The notes below the pieces were generated by a model, which was not told the origin of the DNA, ran no database searches, and saw only the letters and a list, made by a program, of their open reading frames with translations. 64,000 bases of DNA. Origin: Verrucomicrobiota bacterium. Its GTDB lineage: Bacteria; Verrucomicrobiota; Verrucomicrobiia; Limisphaerales; UBA11358. Position 1 is the stretch's first letter, and every line of letters begins with the position of its first letter. Both the position numbers and the translations under genes were made by a program. Below are positions 45,501-53,805 of this stretch, in pieces. The stretch covers positions 17,864-81,863 of the forward strand of contig JBEKOG010000018.1 of NCBI GenBank assembly GCA_049522015.1. Direction: 5' to 3'.

Positions 45501-47671
45501 GTGGCGGACAAATCCTCCGGCTGGACGGATTTCAACGCCCCGACGTTTTCATGGAAACGCGGGTCAGTGACGCTGGCGGCATCGGCGGCAACCAGCTTTT
45601 CGCGGACATTGCCGGAAAGATATTGGTCGTCGGTTTCCCATTGTTCGGTCTGCGGGTTAAAAAAAATCAGCCCCTTCAAATCAGGCAAAAAGTCCTCGGC
45701 CGGACGGGCCAACAGGCCGCTCATGTGTTCCAAATCCACGCAACCTTTTTCATTCAGCGAAACCAGCAAGGCCTCTTTCGGTGATGCAACCGACTCAATA
45801 GGTTGTTTGTGATGGATGGTGCGTTCGTGGAAAATTGAGGCTTTGACCGCCAGATTCATTTCCTCGTCGTAATGCTCCAAAGACAGGAGCAACGGGAAAT
45901 CGGGATCGCCGTCGAAGGCGTTTTGATTGACGCGGGCGTTGACGGGACCGAAACGGGAAACAAAGCGGTCATAGGCCAGATTCAACTGCTCCCTGGCTTC
46001 GATAACCTGGCTTTCGCTGCTGCCGTCGAGCTGCGAGCGGAGACAGACCCGGACGGCGTCACGCACTTCAATCAATCGCCGAATCCGTGAGCGCGTTTCG
46101 GCGGGCAGGTCGTCCAGCGGGCGCAATGCGTCCTCCTCACGGATGCAAACCCGCCCGTCTTCGTGAACGCAGAAGGCATTGGGCTTGATGAAATCAGGCG
46201 CGGGAATGCCGGCGTCGAAGGATTGCCCGGCAATTGCCTGAGCTTGCGACTCATAGATGTTTTGGGGAAGTCGCTCAACCGCTTCGGCCAGAGCCTTGCC
46301 CAAATCGCGTCCATCTGGTTCCAGCGTCGGTTCATTATCCCGATACATCCGGCCCGACAACCGCATTTTGCCCAGCATCATTTCAGGATGGGCGACAAAG
46401 TATTCGTTGAGCGAAAAAGCTTCGTTGCGGTCGTTGGTATAATTCGTCACCGCTTTCCATGCCGGGCCGTCAGGCAACTCACCGGGCCGGAGTTTACAGA
46501 GCATCACGATGTCGGTGGTGACTTCCGTGCCGGCGTTTTTCTTGAAGGCATCGTTGGGCAACCGGATCGCGCCGAGCAACTCCGTCCGAGCACCGAGCAA
46601 ATCACGCAAGGTCGAATCGAACTTATCCAGCGTGCTGTGCGTGGTGATGAACATGACCAACCCGCCGGGCCGCACCTTCTCCAAAGCGGCGGCGAAGAAA
46701 TAATCGTGAATGGAAAATTTGTATTTGTTCCAGCGCGGGTCGTGGACGGTGTAATCGCCGAAGGGCACATTGGAAATGGCCAGGTCGAAGGAATTGTCCG
46801 CAAGTTTCGCCTTTTCAAATGGTTGCTCGCGGATGTCGGAGTCGGAATAAAGCGCCCTGGCGATGCGGGCGGTCAGCGAATCAATTTCGATGCCGGTGAT
46901 GGTCGAACGGCGGAGCATTTCCTCTGGCATGAGGCCGATGAAATGGCCGATGCCACAGGCCGGTTCCAGAATCCTGCCACCTTGAAATCCGAATCGTTCC
47001 GCCGCCTGATACATGGCGCGGATGACCACGGGAGCCGTGTAATGAGCGTTGAGTGTGGTTGCGCGGGCCTGCTCGTATTCTTTGTTCGTAAGCTCTCGCT
47101 GCAACGCCTCCTGTTCCTTCGCCCAAGCGGAATTGGCGTCGTCAAACACCTGGGGCATGGCGCCCCAGCCGGCGTATTTGACCAACGCGGCCTTCTCGTC
47201 CGGGGTGGCAGGTCGCGCCTCGGCTTCCAGCACGCGAAGAATCTGGATGGCCCTGAAATTTTGCTGGAACTTCTGTTTGGGACCGCCTGCACCCAAACGG
47301 TTGTCGTCGGTGATGCGATGGTTGTTGAAATTGCTGGGAGATTTTCCGAGCGGCTCGCTGGTTAAGCTTCCGGTGGCAGGAGGATGTATTTCTCGCGCAC
47401 CAGCTCCCAAGCCTGGCGCTGGGCTTGCTCCGCCGTCTTGCCCTGCTTCATCAGTTCGAGCCGCAACGTGGCCATTTCGTCCTTCGTTTTTTCCTCCGCC
47501 TCCTGAAGCATCTGGTGCAGCAGTCCGTTCCGTTTCAACTCCTGCACCAGCTTCGGGCAATGTTCGCGCCAGTGTTTTTCGGCCATCGTTCCATATTGAG
47601 TCAGGGTGTTCATGTGAATTGGGAGCAAACAGCTCCAGTTGATCATCCGCCGTTGTTCGTTTGAGCGCCAT
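42533..47671 (-). CDS. fused N6-adenine DNA methyltransferase + SNF2/DEAD-like helicase (P1 DarB-like giant protein); 5' limit uncertain
   Basis: ORF 42533..47704; first ATG at 47671. MTase motifs: EPACGIGHFIG (SAM-binding) and ISNVPFGDY (motif IV). Helicase motifs: GHVVGAGKTY, DEAHYFKN, TQKMGSGTNVQ, QREGRILRQGN. The first ~110 codons are Gly/Ala/Arg-rich and overlap a better-looking ORF in another frame, so the true start may be near 47360. Confidence 0.8.
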   Translation of the reverse strand: MALKRTTADDQLELFAPNSHEHPDSIWNDGRKTLARTLPEAGAGVETERTAAPDASGGGGKNEGRNGHVAARTDEAGQDGGASPAPGLGAGAREIHPPATGSLTSEPLGKSPSNFNNHRITDDNRLGAGGPKQKFQQNFRAIQILRVLEAEARPATPDEKAALVKYAGWGAMPQVFDDANSAWAKEQEALQRELTNKEYEQARATTLNAHYTAPVVIRAMYQAAERFGFQGGRILEPACGIGHFIGLMPEEMLRRSTITGIEIDSLTARIARALYSDSDIREQPFEKAKLADNSFDLAISNVPFGDYTVHDPRWNKYKFSIHDYFFAAALEKVRPGGLVMFITTHSTLDKFDSTLRDLLGARTELLGAIRLPNDAFKKNAGTEVTTDIVMLCKLRPGELPDGPAWKAVTNYTNDRNEAFSLNEYFVAHPEMMLGKMRLSGRMYRDNEPTLEPDGRDLGKALAEAVERLPQNIYESQAQAIAGQSFDAGIPAPDFIKPNAFCVHEDGRVCIREEDALRPLDDLPAETRSRIRRLIEVRDAVRVCLRSQLDGSSESQVIEAREQLNLAYDRFVSRFGPVNARVNQNAFDGDPDFPLLLSLEHYDEEMNLAVKASIFHERTIHHKQPIESVASPKEALLVSLNEKGCVDLEHMSGLLARPAEDFLPDLKGLIFFNPQTEQWETDDQYLSGNVREKLVAADAASVTDPRFHENVGALKSVQPEDLSATEIDVRLGASWLPPEDVKQFTHELLGISSGVEVNHIHLLGSWHVTGDWEAKGATANTTDWGTNRYSGLELIEETLNLKTPTVYDYTKDRKPVVNAQATEAAREKQERIKERFKEWIWSDDSRRERLCRLYNDTFNHSRLRTFNGEHLTLPGASSAVQLHLHQKSGVWRILQTNNTLLGHVVGAGKTYTMVAATMELKRLGLARKPMFAVPNHMLGQFSTELLILYPGANILVAGKEDFETKNRRKLFSRIATGNWDAVIVTHSGFERIPLSQETQLRFFKEQLDELEEAMREHADSSNRRLVKDLEKAKKRLEARLQALAADHKKDNTLTFEELGVDRLFVDEAHYFKNLFYVSKMTRIAGLPQTASERAFDMFLKVRHIQSINGGGGVVFATGTPIANSMAEMFTMQRYLQPDDLKKHNLNHFDSWAATFGEPVTAMELAPDGAGYRLNTRFARFINVPELMQLFRQTADVQTAQMLNLPRPKLEGDKPAIRSAPATPELKKFVQQLVERADRIRMRQVHPHEDNMLKITTEGRKAALDLRLMLPSVPDNPQSKVNIAVENIHRIWESSKDDRLSQLVFCDLSTPRDRGFSVYRDMAQKLERLGVPGGEIAFIQDYDSDAGKLSLFRDVRAGKVRILFGSTQKMGSGTNVQERLIALHHLDAPWRPADVEQREGRILRQGNRNSSVQVYRYVTEGSFDAYMWQTLETKAKFIAQVMTGDMTVRRVEDLDSAALTYAEVKAIASGNPLVIEKAQVDAGLMRLTRLRSAHAEEQYRIRANLRHAREESETYTERLAHLRQDLTVREDTSGDRFRIELDGQTLDHRGIAGELIVRQAQKLKFRFGEDVRVGRFAGFDLFIRSGFNNTAELVLRGKNSYSTRITDTALGTVRSLEMMAQGFEERATRLDSDIRDSQKRATELEAKVGAPFEHEQRYHELSKRQSDIEEKLDLTKNQASSQLEASENAETNAVNEQPDETRHQTVKPKTGIRV
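47362..47613 (-). CDS. small helical protein (83 aa) embedded in the 5' end of the giant ORF in another frame
   Basis: MNTLTQYGTMAEKHWREHCPKLVQELKRNGLLHQMLQEAEEKTKDEMATLRLELMKQGKTAEQAQRQAWELVREKYILLPPEA has protein-like amphipathic composition. It resembles small proteins I recall next to MTase-helicase genes on conjugative elements (TnpV-like; memory only). Confidence 0.55.
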   Translation of the reverse strand: MNTLTQYGTMAEKHWREHCPKLVQELKRNGLLHQMLQEAEEKTKDEMATLRLELMKQGKTAEQAQRQAWELVREKYILLPPEA

Positions 47672-47725
47672 CGAAATCTTGCCCGTGCCGGCTTCAGGGA
47701 GCAAGCAAGGGCCGGTTTAACAGGT

Positions 47726-48025
47726 TTATGGTTTACGCTGGCGGTGTCGTTTCAGGGGCCGGACGTTCTCACGCTCGGCGAATTTTTCATCGAGTTCCTG
47801 AACCGCCTTGGGAAAAAGCAGGATGATGCGCACGCCAAACGCTCTTTGAAGGCCAACGACTTGTTCGTCCGTGACTTTGGTGCGGCCCGACTCGATGTTG
47901 GCCAGCATGTCGCGACTAACATCCACCCCCTGGCATTGCACACGCGCCGCCAGAATTTCCTGTGTCCACTTCCGCTCAAAGCGCAGTTTGGCCACCACCA
48001 AACCAATTACATTCTGCCGGCGCAT
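47726..48025 (-). CDS. XRE-family HTH regulator (paralog 2)
   Basis: 99 aa, MRRQNVIGLVVAKLRFERKWTQEILAARVQ...VVGLQRAFGVRIILLFP. Confidence 0.7.
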   Translation of the reverse strand: MRRQNVIGLVVAKLRFERKWTQEILAARVQCQGVDVSRDMLANIESGRTKVTDEQVVGLQRAFGVRIILLFPKAVQELDEKFAERENVRPLKRHRQRKP

Positions 48026-48347
48026 GATGCCCCTCTCCCTTTAATCTCCGCCCGGGCAGGTTTCCGCCACAAAATCTTGGCTTGGAATTGATGTCATTCC
48101 GTTCCGATTTTTGGGCTTTGCTTCCGGCGACGAGAAAGAGGCGAGGGAGGCCAGGGCCATTCAAACGAAGGCTGGTTTGCTCCTGAACCGAAATGTCCAG
48201 AAACTTGCCAATGCACACAACATACTGGACGAGCGGTTGCATAGAGAACCCACGAGGCTTCCAATGATTCATAGTAAGCAAATATAATGCCCATGAAATA
48301 AAGGCTCTTGATCGCATCGTTATCGTGAACTGATTGGTTCGCCGTGG

Positions 48348-48380
48348 CCGGTCTGGACTCCGTTGCCAGAGTCAGACCGG
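48348..48380 (-). terminator. hairpin after the TrbI-like operon (no clear U-tract)
   Basis: CCGGTCTGGACTC-cgttgcca-GAGTCAGACCGG, 14 nt downstream of the stop at 48394. Confidence 0.35.
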
Positions 48381-48393
48381 CACAGGGGGCGGA

Positions 48394-48801
48394 TCAAACA
48401 CCGACGGCTTCTCCTTTCGTTTGTTGTTGTCCCTGCGAGCGGGAGACGGCGCGTTGCGTCTGCCGGGCGATCTGGGTCATGACCTCTTCGCGCTGGTCTT
48501 GGGGCACGTTCTTGACCAGCGTCTCGTAAGCTTGTTTCAGTTCCGGGCTTGCGTTGATGCGTTTCATCGTGCCCTCGCGCATCCGCTGCTGGCGGTCGAG
48601 CTGGCGGACTTCGTTCAGGACGACGGTTCGTTCCAGCCGGTCACGGGGCATGGCCTGGATGAAGTTCCAATACTTGGGATTTTCTTTGATGTAGGAGTCG
48701 ATTTTGGCGTCCACCTCCGGATTGCTCCGAAAGTTGGGCGCGTCGGCGACGGGAGAGCCGCCATTGGACGGCGCATTGGGGGGTGTTTTTACTTTGCTCA
48801 T
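48394..48801 (-). CDS. hypothetical protein (135 aa), last gene of the TrbI-like operon
   Basis: Inside ORF 48394..48852; ATG at 48801 gives MSKVKTPPNAPSNGG.... The remainder is charged and helical (YIKENPKYWNFIQAMPRDRLERTVVLNEVRQLDRQQ...). Confidence 0.5.
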   Translation of the reverse strand: MSKVKTPPNAPSNGGSPVADAPNFRSNPEVDAKIDSYIKENPKYWNFIQAMPRDRLERTVVLNEVRQLDRQQRMREGTMKRINASPELKQAYETLVKNVPQDQREEVMTQIARQTQRAVSRSQGQQQTKGEAVGV

Positions 48802-48878
48802 AATGAGTTTGGTTTTTGGTTTCGAGTTGCCGGCGGAAAGGGTCAGATTCACGGCCCCTTCAATGCGCCGGCAAAGTG

Positions 48879-49457
48879 TCAGGGATTCAGCAAATCGGGC
48901 GGTTCATTGGTTGCGGGTGAAGCCGGGAGGACCAACGATTGTCCTTGATTGGCTTCGAGCGCATCGAGCCGCTGTTTCATCTCGCTCACTGTTGCGCGCA
49001 TGGCCGCCGTTGCCTGCAAATTGGTTTTGGTGTCCAGCAAGGTGATTTGAACCCGCGCCAGCGCCACCGACAAAAGCCGCGCTTGGGCCATGATTTGGGC
49101 CGTGGCAATTCTTTGGGAATTGACCTCGGCCAGGATGGCGTCGTTGACCGGCACGGGCGAAAACGCCGAATCATGTGCGGACGGCAGCGCGACGACGCTG
49201 CCGTCAACGGGACCGGGATGAAAATTCCAGCGGGTGTTTTCCTCGACGCGATAGACGACATGCTGTTCGTGCAGGATCAGGTCGTCATTCGGGTCGGTGT
49301 AGCGCCCGACATGATAGGCGCGGACAGCTTCGGGATAGCGAACGGCCGAATTTTCCATTGCTGGCGGTGCCGGTTGTGGCAGCGGTCGCAGCGTGAGCTT
49401 GGGGGCGGTCGAGCAAGCGGTCAGAAACAACAAGGGAATAAGATAGAGCGTTTTCAT
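48879..49457 (-). CDS. lipoprotein (192 aa)
   Basis: MKTLYLIPLLFLTACSTAPK is a signal peptide with lipobox LTAC. Overlaps the upstream TrbI-like stop by 4 nt. Confidence 0.6.
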   Translation of the reverse strand: MKTLYLIPLLFLTACSTAPKLTLRPLPQPAPPAMENSAVRYPEAVRAYHVGRYTDPNDDLILHEQHVVYRVEENTRWNFHPGPVDGSVVALPSAHDSAFSPVPVNDAILAEVNSQRIATAQIMAQARLLSVALARVQITLLDTKTNLQATAAMRATVSEMKQRLDALEANQGQSLVLPASPATNEPPDLLNP

Positions 49458-50518
49458 GGTTTCGTTTTGGTTGAAACTTGTTCGTCCTTTTCTTCAACGA
49501 TGCCCGTGCCGCCGAACGTGGCATCGGCACGGTCAATGGTCTGGAGCACGTAGAGATAAAACTGTTTGCCGCTGGGCACGCGGATGTAAAAACCGTCCTT
49601 TTGAATCGATTCCAAGATGCGCTGGGCATAGGTCTGGAGCACCTGTTGCGCACCCGCAAACGGAGCGTTGTTCAATGACGGACTGTTGATCGGCCCAAAA
49701 AGTGTTTCCTGCTTTTCGGTCAAGGCGTTGGCCGCGCCGGAAAGAAACGTGGCGGCAAAAAGTTTGATGTCGGCCAGATTGTCGGACTTGATGACTTCAC
49801 CGCGTAACCCGGCGCTACCGTCAGTGATTGCCCACCCCGTTTGATTGGTGCTGTTTTCAAATTCACGGTCCAACGCGATGGCCTTGAGTTGCATCTCCTC
49901 GCCGTTCTGCCAGACAAAAGTCCAACTGCTGCTGCTGGCGATCCGCTCGCGCTGGTGGTCGGTCTGCGCCGTGCCGTGAACCTCTGTACCCGCTGGAATA
50001 ACCAGTTTACCGCCGAAATAAACGTCCTCGGTGACCAGGCCGATGATGGGTGTGCGGATGGAAGCGGAATCCACCGTGACGACAGTTTCACAGGGAATAA
50101 GACGGCCGAACGGTGCATAGATGGGACTCAACTTTTTGGGTTGGGGAACGCCCGCTGTGCTGTCGGCAAACAAACTGATGGGAGAGAGTTGTTGCAACTG
50201 GCTGGGAGGAACAACCGGCAACGGTTGCGGTGATGCGTTCGTGAATCCGGACAGACCTGATGGTGATGACTGTGCTGGTTGTGGCTTGGGTGACGGCGGA
50301 TGAAAAGCCTGCATGGGCCGCACGACGGATTGCACTACCTGGGGTTTGCCGCCAACGCTGTTGGTGGCCAGTGGCGTGACCGGAATGGTGTCTTCAGGCG
50401 CTGTGTGACGTTTGCGCATGACGCTGAAAAGGATCAACGCCACGGCAAACACGGCAGCGAACGTAATCAACTTGCCGCTTCCGGTTTTGAAGAAATTGAG
50501 AAAATCGCGCGGTTTCAT
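49454..50518 (-). CDS. TrbI/VirB10-like protein
   Basis: Inside ORF 49454..50746; ATG at 50518 gives MKPRDFLNFFKTGSGKLITFAAVFAVALILFSV (cytoplasmic tail plus TM). A Pro-rich linker follows, then GRLIPCETVVTVDSASIRTPIIGLVTEDVYFGGKLVIPAGTEVHG...FYIRVPSGKQFYLYV, matching the TrbI/VirB10 C-terminal pattern. Confidence 0.6.
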   Translation of the reverse strand: MKPRDFLNFFKTGSGKLITFAAVFAVALILFSVMRKRHTAPEDTIPVTPLATNSVGGKPQVVQSVVRPMQAFHPPSPKPQPAQSSPSGLSGFTNASPQPLPVVPPSQLQQLSPISLFADSTAGVPQPKKLSPIYAPFGRLIPCETVVTVDSASIRTPIIGLVTEDVYFGGKLVIPAGTEVHGTAQTDHQRERIASSSSWTFVWQNGEEMQLKAIALDREFENSTNQTGWAITDGSAGLRGEVIKSDNLADIKLFAATFLSGAANALTEKQETLFGPINSPSLNNAPFAGAQQVLQTYAQRILESIQKDGFYIRVPSGKQFYLYVLQTIDRADATFGGTGIVEEKDEQVSTKTKP

Positions 50519-50579
50519 GGCTGGCCTCTGGGTGGACGAATTGGATGCACGCTCGGAGCATTGGTAACGATGGTAACGG

Positions 50580-53291
50580 GTGGCCGGCCAGTGGTTCGGG
50601 GCGGGTGCGGACCAGCTTGGCTTGTCCGGCAAGATTCGCGCAGACGACTTCCTGCGGCTCTGTGAGAACCAACATCCGGTCACGGGCCAGACATTGACGC
50701 AGCGGTTGAACACGGTACGGATGGAAAAGGGGGAAAGCGCGGTCAACCGGCGGGTGTTTTACGATTTCACATTCTCACCGCCCAAATCGGTTTCCATTGC
50801 GGCGCTGGCCATGGCAGATGAGCGTATCGTTGAGGCGCATGAGCGAGCTGTCCGGTCGGCGTTGCGGGAATTTGAAACCTTTACCACAACTCGGGTTCGG
50901 GTTGGGGGAGCGCATGGCGACCGTTCCACCGGCAATTTTGTCGCCGCCCTGTTTACCCATGACACGTCCCGTGCCCTGGACCCACATTTGCACACGCATT
51001 GCGTCGTTTTTAACGCAACCTTTGATCCGGTCGAGAAACGTTGGAAAGCACTACAAAATTACGAATTGTTGCGTGCGCGAAAATATGCCGAGAACGTCTA
51101 TTACCACGAACTGTCACGCCAACTGCGGAGCTTTGGTTATCAGATTCGCAACCAGGTGCGGGGTGATTTTCAAATTGAGGGCGTTTCCGAAGGCATTTGT
51201 GAACGCTTTTCCAAGCGGCGCACACAGATTGATGAAGGACTTCAAAAGTTGCTGGCCGAAAAACCGGAATGTGCGCGCGGTGATTTAATGGCGATGCGTC
51301 GGTTGCTGGCAACTGAGGAGCGGACGCGAAAACAAAAGGATTTGAGCCGGAATGAACTGCAGGCTTTATGGGACTCACAGTTGAGTGAAACTGAACGCGC
51401 CTCCCTGCGCCAGCTTTCAAACCGGTCGGTGAAGGCCATTGACAGGCGCATTGATATCGGTGAGGCGGTACAATGGGCCGAGGACCATTTGTTTGACCGC
51501 AACTCGGTCGTGCTGGAATGCCAGGTGTGGCAGCACGCTTTGGAACATGCGCGCGGTGAAGGTTTTTCCATTGCTGAACTCAAGGATCTGACGCGCCGGC
51601 GTCCTTACATCCGCAATGCTGAACACCCAAGTGAAGTGACGTTGCGCGATGTGCTGTTACGCGAGACAGAAATTGTCCAGAACGTCAAGGACGGTGCGGG
51701 CAATTGCCGCCCATTGGTGGACATTCCCTCCACGGTAAATCCAAAATTGGATGACGAACAGCGCCATGCTTTGGACACATTGCTTGGTTCGACCAATGCG
51801 GTGTCGCTTTTCCGGGGCGGCGCGGGCACAGGCAAAAGTTTTGTCCTGCGTGAGTTGGTCGAGCAGGTCAGGCAAAAGGGCAGGGCAGTGGCTGTCCTCG
51901 CGCCTCAGCGGCAGCAAGTCGTGGACATGGAAAGGGCAGGTTTCCCGGCACTGACGACGGTGGCGAATTTTCTGCTCAGGGGTGAACTGGCCGAAGGCAC
52001 GGTCATTGTCGTGGACGAAGCCGGTCAAATTGGTGGCCGGCAAATGCACCAGTTGTTGCAACTGGCGCGTGAGCGGAATGCGCGGATGATTCTTTCCGGC
52101 GATACCCGGCAACATGGTGCGGTCGAGGCTTCGGATGCGCTTCTAGCCATTGAGCGATATTCCGGCATCAAGCCGGTCGAATTGCACACCATCCGGCGGC
52201 AGGACCCGGCGCTGGCTCGCAATGCGAATGAGCGGACGCGCATCACGCAATATCGCAAGGCCGTCGAAGCTGCTGCGGCCGGCAGGCTGGCCGAATCATT
52301 CAAGCGGCTCGAAAAGATGGGCGCGGTGGTTTCCTGCGGTTTGGGCGAGCAGGCTGGCAAGTTGGCCGACGAATACCTCCGGCTGGCGAAGCAAAACGTT
52401 TCCGCCGTCGTCGTGTCGCAGACCTGGGCTGAAGTTCATCGGGTCAATTCGCAAGTGCGCGACGCGCTTAAAGGAAAAGGATTGCTCGGCGCAAAAGACG
52501 TAGCGGTTCAGGCGTTGGACAAACTGGATTTGACCAATGCACAAAAACGTGATGAGCGGTTTTATCCGAAGGATGCGGTGATTGTGTTCAACCAAAAGGT
52601 GCGCCAAGCCGAGCCGGGTACAAAAGGGAAGTTGATGGGCGTCGTCAAGGCCGGGGTTCTGGCCGAAGTTGATGGCAAATGCGTCACCGTTTCAAATAAG
52701 TTGCTCGATAAAATCACCGTCTGCTTGCCGCGTGAAATCTCTATCGCAGAAAATGACCGTCTGCACCTGAAAGCCAACCGGAGATTGGCCACCGGTGCGC
52801 GTGTTACCAACGGGGAACTGGTCACAGTGAAGACAGTTCGCGCCGATGGCGGAATTGAGCTTACGGACGGTCGTGTCCTGGATAAAAGTTTCCGCGAGTT
52901 TCTCCCTGGCTACGCCGTCACATCCTACGGCTCACAAGGCAAGACGGTGGATTATGTTCTCTTTTCCGATTCCACCATCAAGGCTGCGACTAATGCTCAA
53001 CAATGGTATGTGACGATTTCACGCGGCCGGCGCGGCATCCGTATTTTCACGCCGGACAAGGAGCAACTGCGGGAAAACCTGACCCGCTCCGGCCACAGGC
53101 TGCTGGCATTGGAGTTTGCGGGGGGACTCCGCCCGCGCAATGGCAATCGGCTTTGGGACCGGCTGCATGGCTGTCTCCTTCGTTTCGGCCAGCGGGCCGC
53201 CGACACCTTTTGCCAGTTAAAACAATCCCGTCGTCACCACCAACACTTGCAGAAACATGAGCACCAAGTCACCCGAATGTTACACCACTGA
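50580..53291 (+). CDS. MOBF (TrwC/TraI-type) relaxase-helicase lacking the N-terminal catalytic-tyrosine segment
   Basis: GTG-initiated 903 aa. GQWFGAGADQLGLSG aligns with TrwC residues ~34-48 as I remember them. Has FTFSPPKSVS and the His triad DPHLHTHCVVFN, plus a C-terminal RecD-like helicase (GGAGTGKSF, VVDEAGQIG, TSYGSQGKT). In-frame stops lie at 50565-50567 and 50574-50576 immediately upstream. Confidence 0.75.
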   Translation: MAGQWFGAGADQLGLSGKIRADDFLRLCENQHPVTGQTLTQRLNTVRMEKGESAVNRRVFYDFTFSPPKSVSIAALAMADERIVEAHERAVRSALREFETFTTTRVRVGGAHGDRSTGNFVAALFTHDTSRALDPHLHTHCVVFNATFDPVEKRWKALQNYELLRARKYAENVYYHELSRQLRSFGYQIRNQVRGDFQIEGVSEGICERFSKRRTQIDEGLQKLLAEKPECARGDLMAMRRLLATEERTRKQKDLSRNELQALWDSQLSETERASLRQLSNRSVKAIDRRIDIGEAVQWAEDHLFDRNSVVLECQVWQHALEHARGEGFSIAELKDLTRRRPYIRNAEHPSEVTLRDVLLRETEIVQNVKDGAGNCRPLVDIPSTVNPKLDDEQRHALDTLLGSTNAVSLFRGGAGTGKSFVLRELVEQVRQKGRAVAVLAPQRQQVVDMERAGFPALTTVANFLLRGELAEGTVIVVDEAGQIGGRQMHQLLQLARERNARMILSGDTRQHGAVEASDALLAIERYSGIKPVELHTIRRQDPALARNANERTRITQYRKAVEAAAAGRLAESFKRLEKMGAVVSCGLGEQAGKLADEYLRLAKQNVSAVVVSQTWAEVHRVNSQVRDALKGKGLLGAKDVAVQALDKLDLTNAQKRDERFYPKDAVIVFNQKVRQAEPGTKGKLMGVVKAGVLAEVDGKCVTVSNKLLDKITVCLPREISIAENDRLHLKANRRLATGARVTNGELVTVKTVRADGGIELTDGRVLDKSFREFLPGYAVTSYGSQGKTVDYVLFSDSTIKAATNAQQWYVTISRGRRGIRIFTPDKEQLRENLTRSGHRLLALEFAGGLRPRNGNRLWDRLHGCLLRFGQRAADTFCQLKQSRRHHQHLQKHEHQVTRMLHH

Positions 53292-53613
53292 ACCGCAGGC
53301 CCGCTGCCTTCGCGTTGAGATTTCGCCGGGGCGCTCGCTCCTGCTGCCGCTCGATCAATTCGCGTTTGCCGAATTCATTAGCGCCGACAAGGAACAGCAA
53401 CTGCGCCTAGTTTTCGCAACCCATGAGGTCGTGATTCGCGGTTTTACGCTACGGCGAATCGAAGCGGCCATGCACCGGATGGAATTGGCGTCCATCGTGA
53501 CGCTGCCAGCCAAATATCAACCACTAATTGCTGATGGCCAGCCCAAGATTCGGGAGATTGCGGTGACCGAGGCCAAGGCAGTCGGCCTTCAATCAGAGGC
53601 ATCTCTTAATTGA
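53257..53613 (+). CDS. hypothetical protein (118 aa) downstream of the relaxase
   Basis: ORF track. Overlaps the relaxase 3' end by 35 nt. No recognisable motif. Confidence 0.4.
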   Translation: MSTKSPECYTTEPQARCLRVEISPGRSLLLPLDQFAFAEFISADKEQQLRLVFATHEVVIRGFTLRRIEAAMHRMELASIVTLPAKYQPLIADGQPKIREIAVTEAKAVGLQSEASLN

Positions 53614-53749
53614 TAACGGCTTGTTCTTGCCGATTCTATCCTGTGGCATCCGTCGTTGTTTTGTATCCGTCTGAAGGACCACGGTTGTTGCCCCGGAGGA
53701 ACTCGGCCTGCGGTTGCTTAAAATTGCCCGTCAGGTGAAACTTTTTCAG

Positions 53750-53785
53750 CCCCAAAACAAAAACCCCGCACCTTGTGATGCGGGG
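53750..53785 (-). terminator. rho-independent terminator of the PEP-CTERM gene
   Basis: On the minus strand: CCCCGCA-tcacaagg-TGCGGGG followed by TTTTTGTTTTGGGG, 20 nt after the stop at 53806. Confidence 0.75.
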
Positions 53786-53805
53786 CTGGTGAAAGCGTTG
53801 TCGGG

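Noticed and set aside
47976-48317. 113-aa and 66-aa ORFs in the gap between XRE paralog 2 and the TrbI-like operon
   Set aside because: They have implausible composition, overlap each other, and have no RBS-like context. The region is more likely intergenic or promoter DNA. I also looked for an oriT-like inverted repeat here and found only the operon-end hairpin at 48348-48380.
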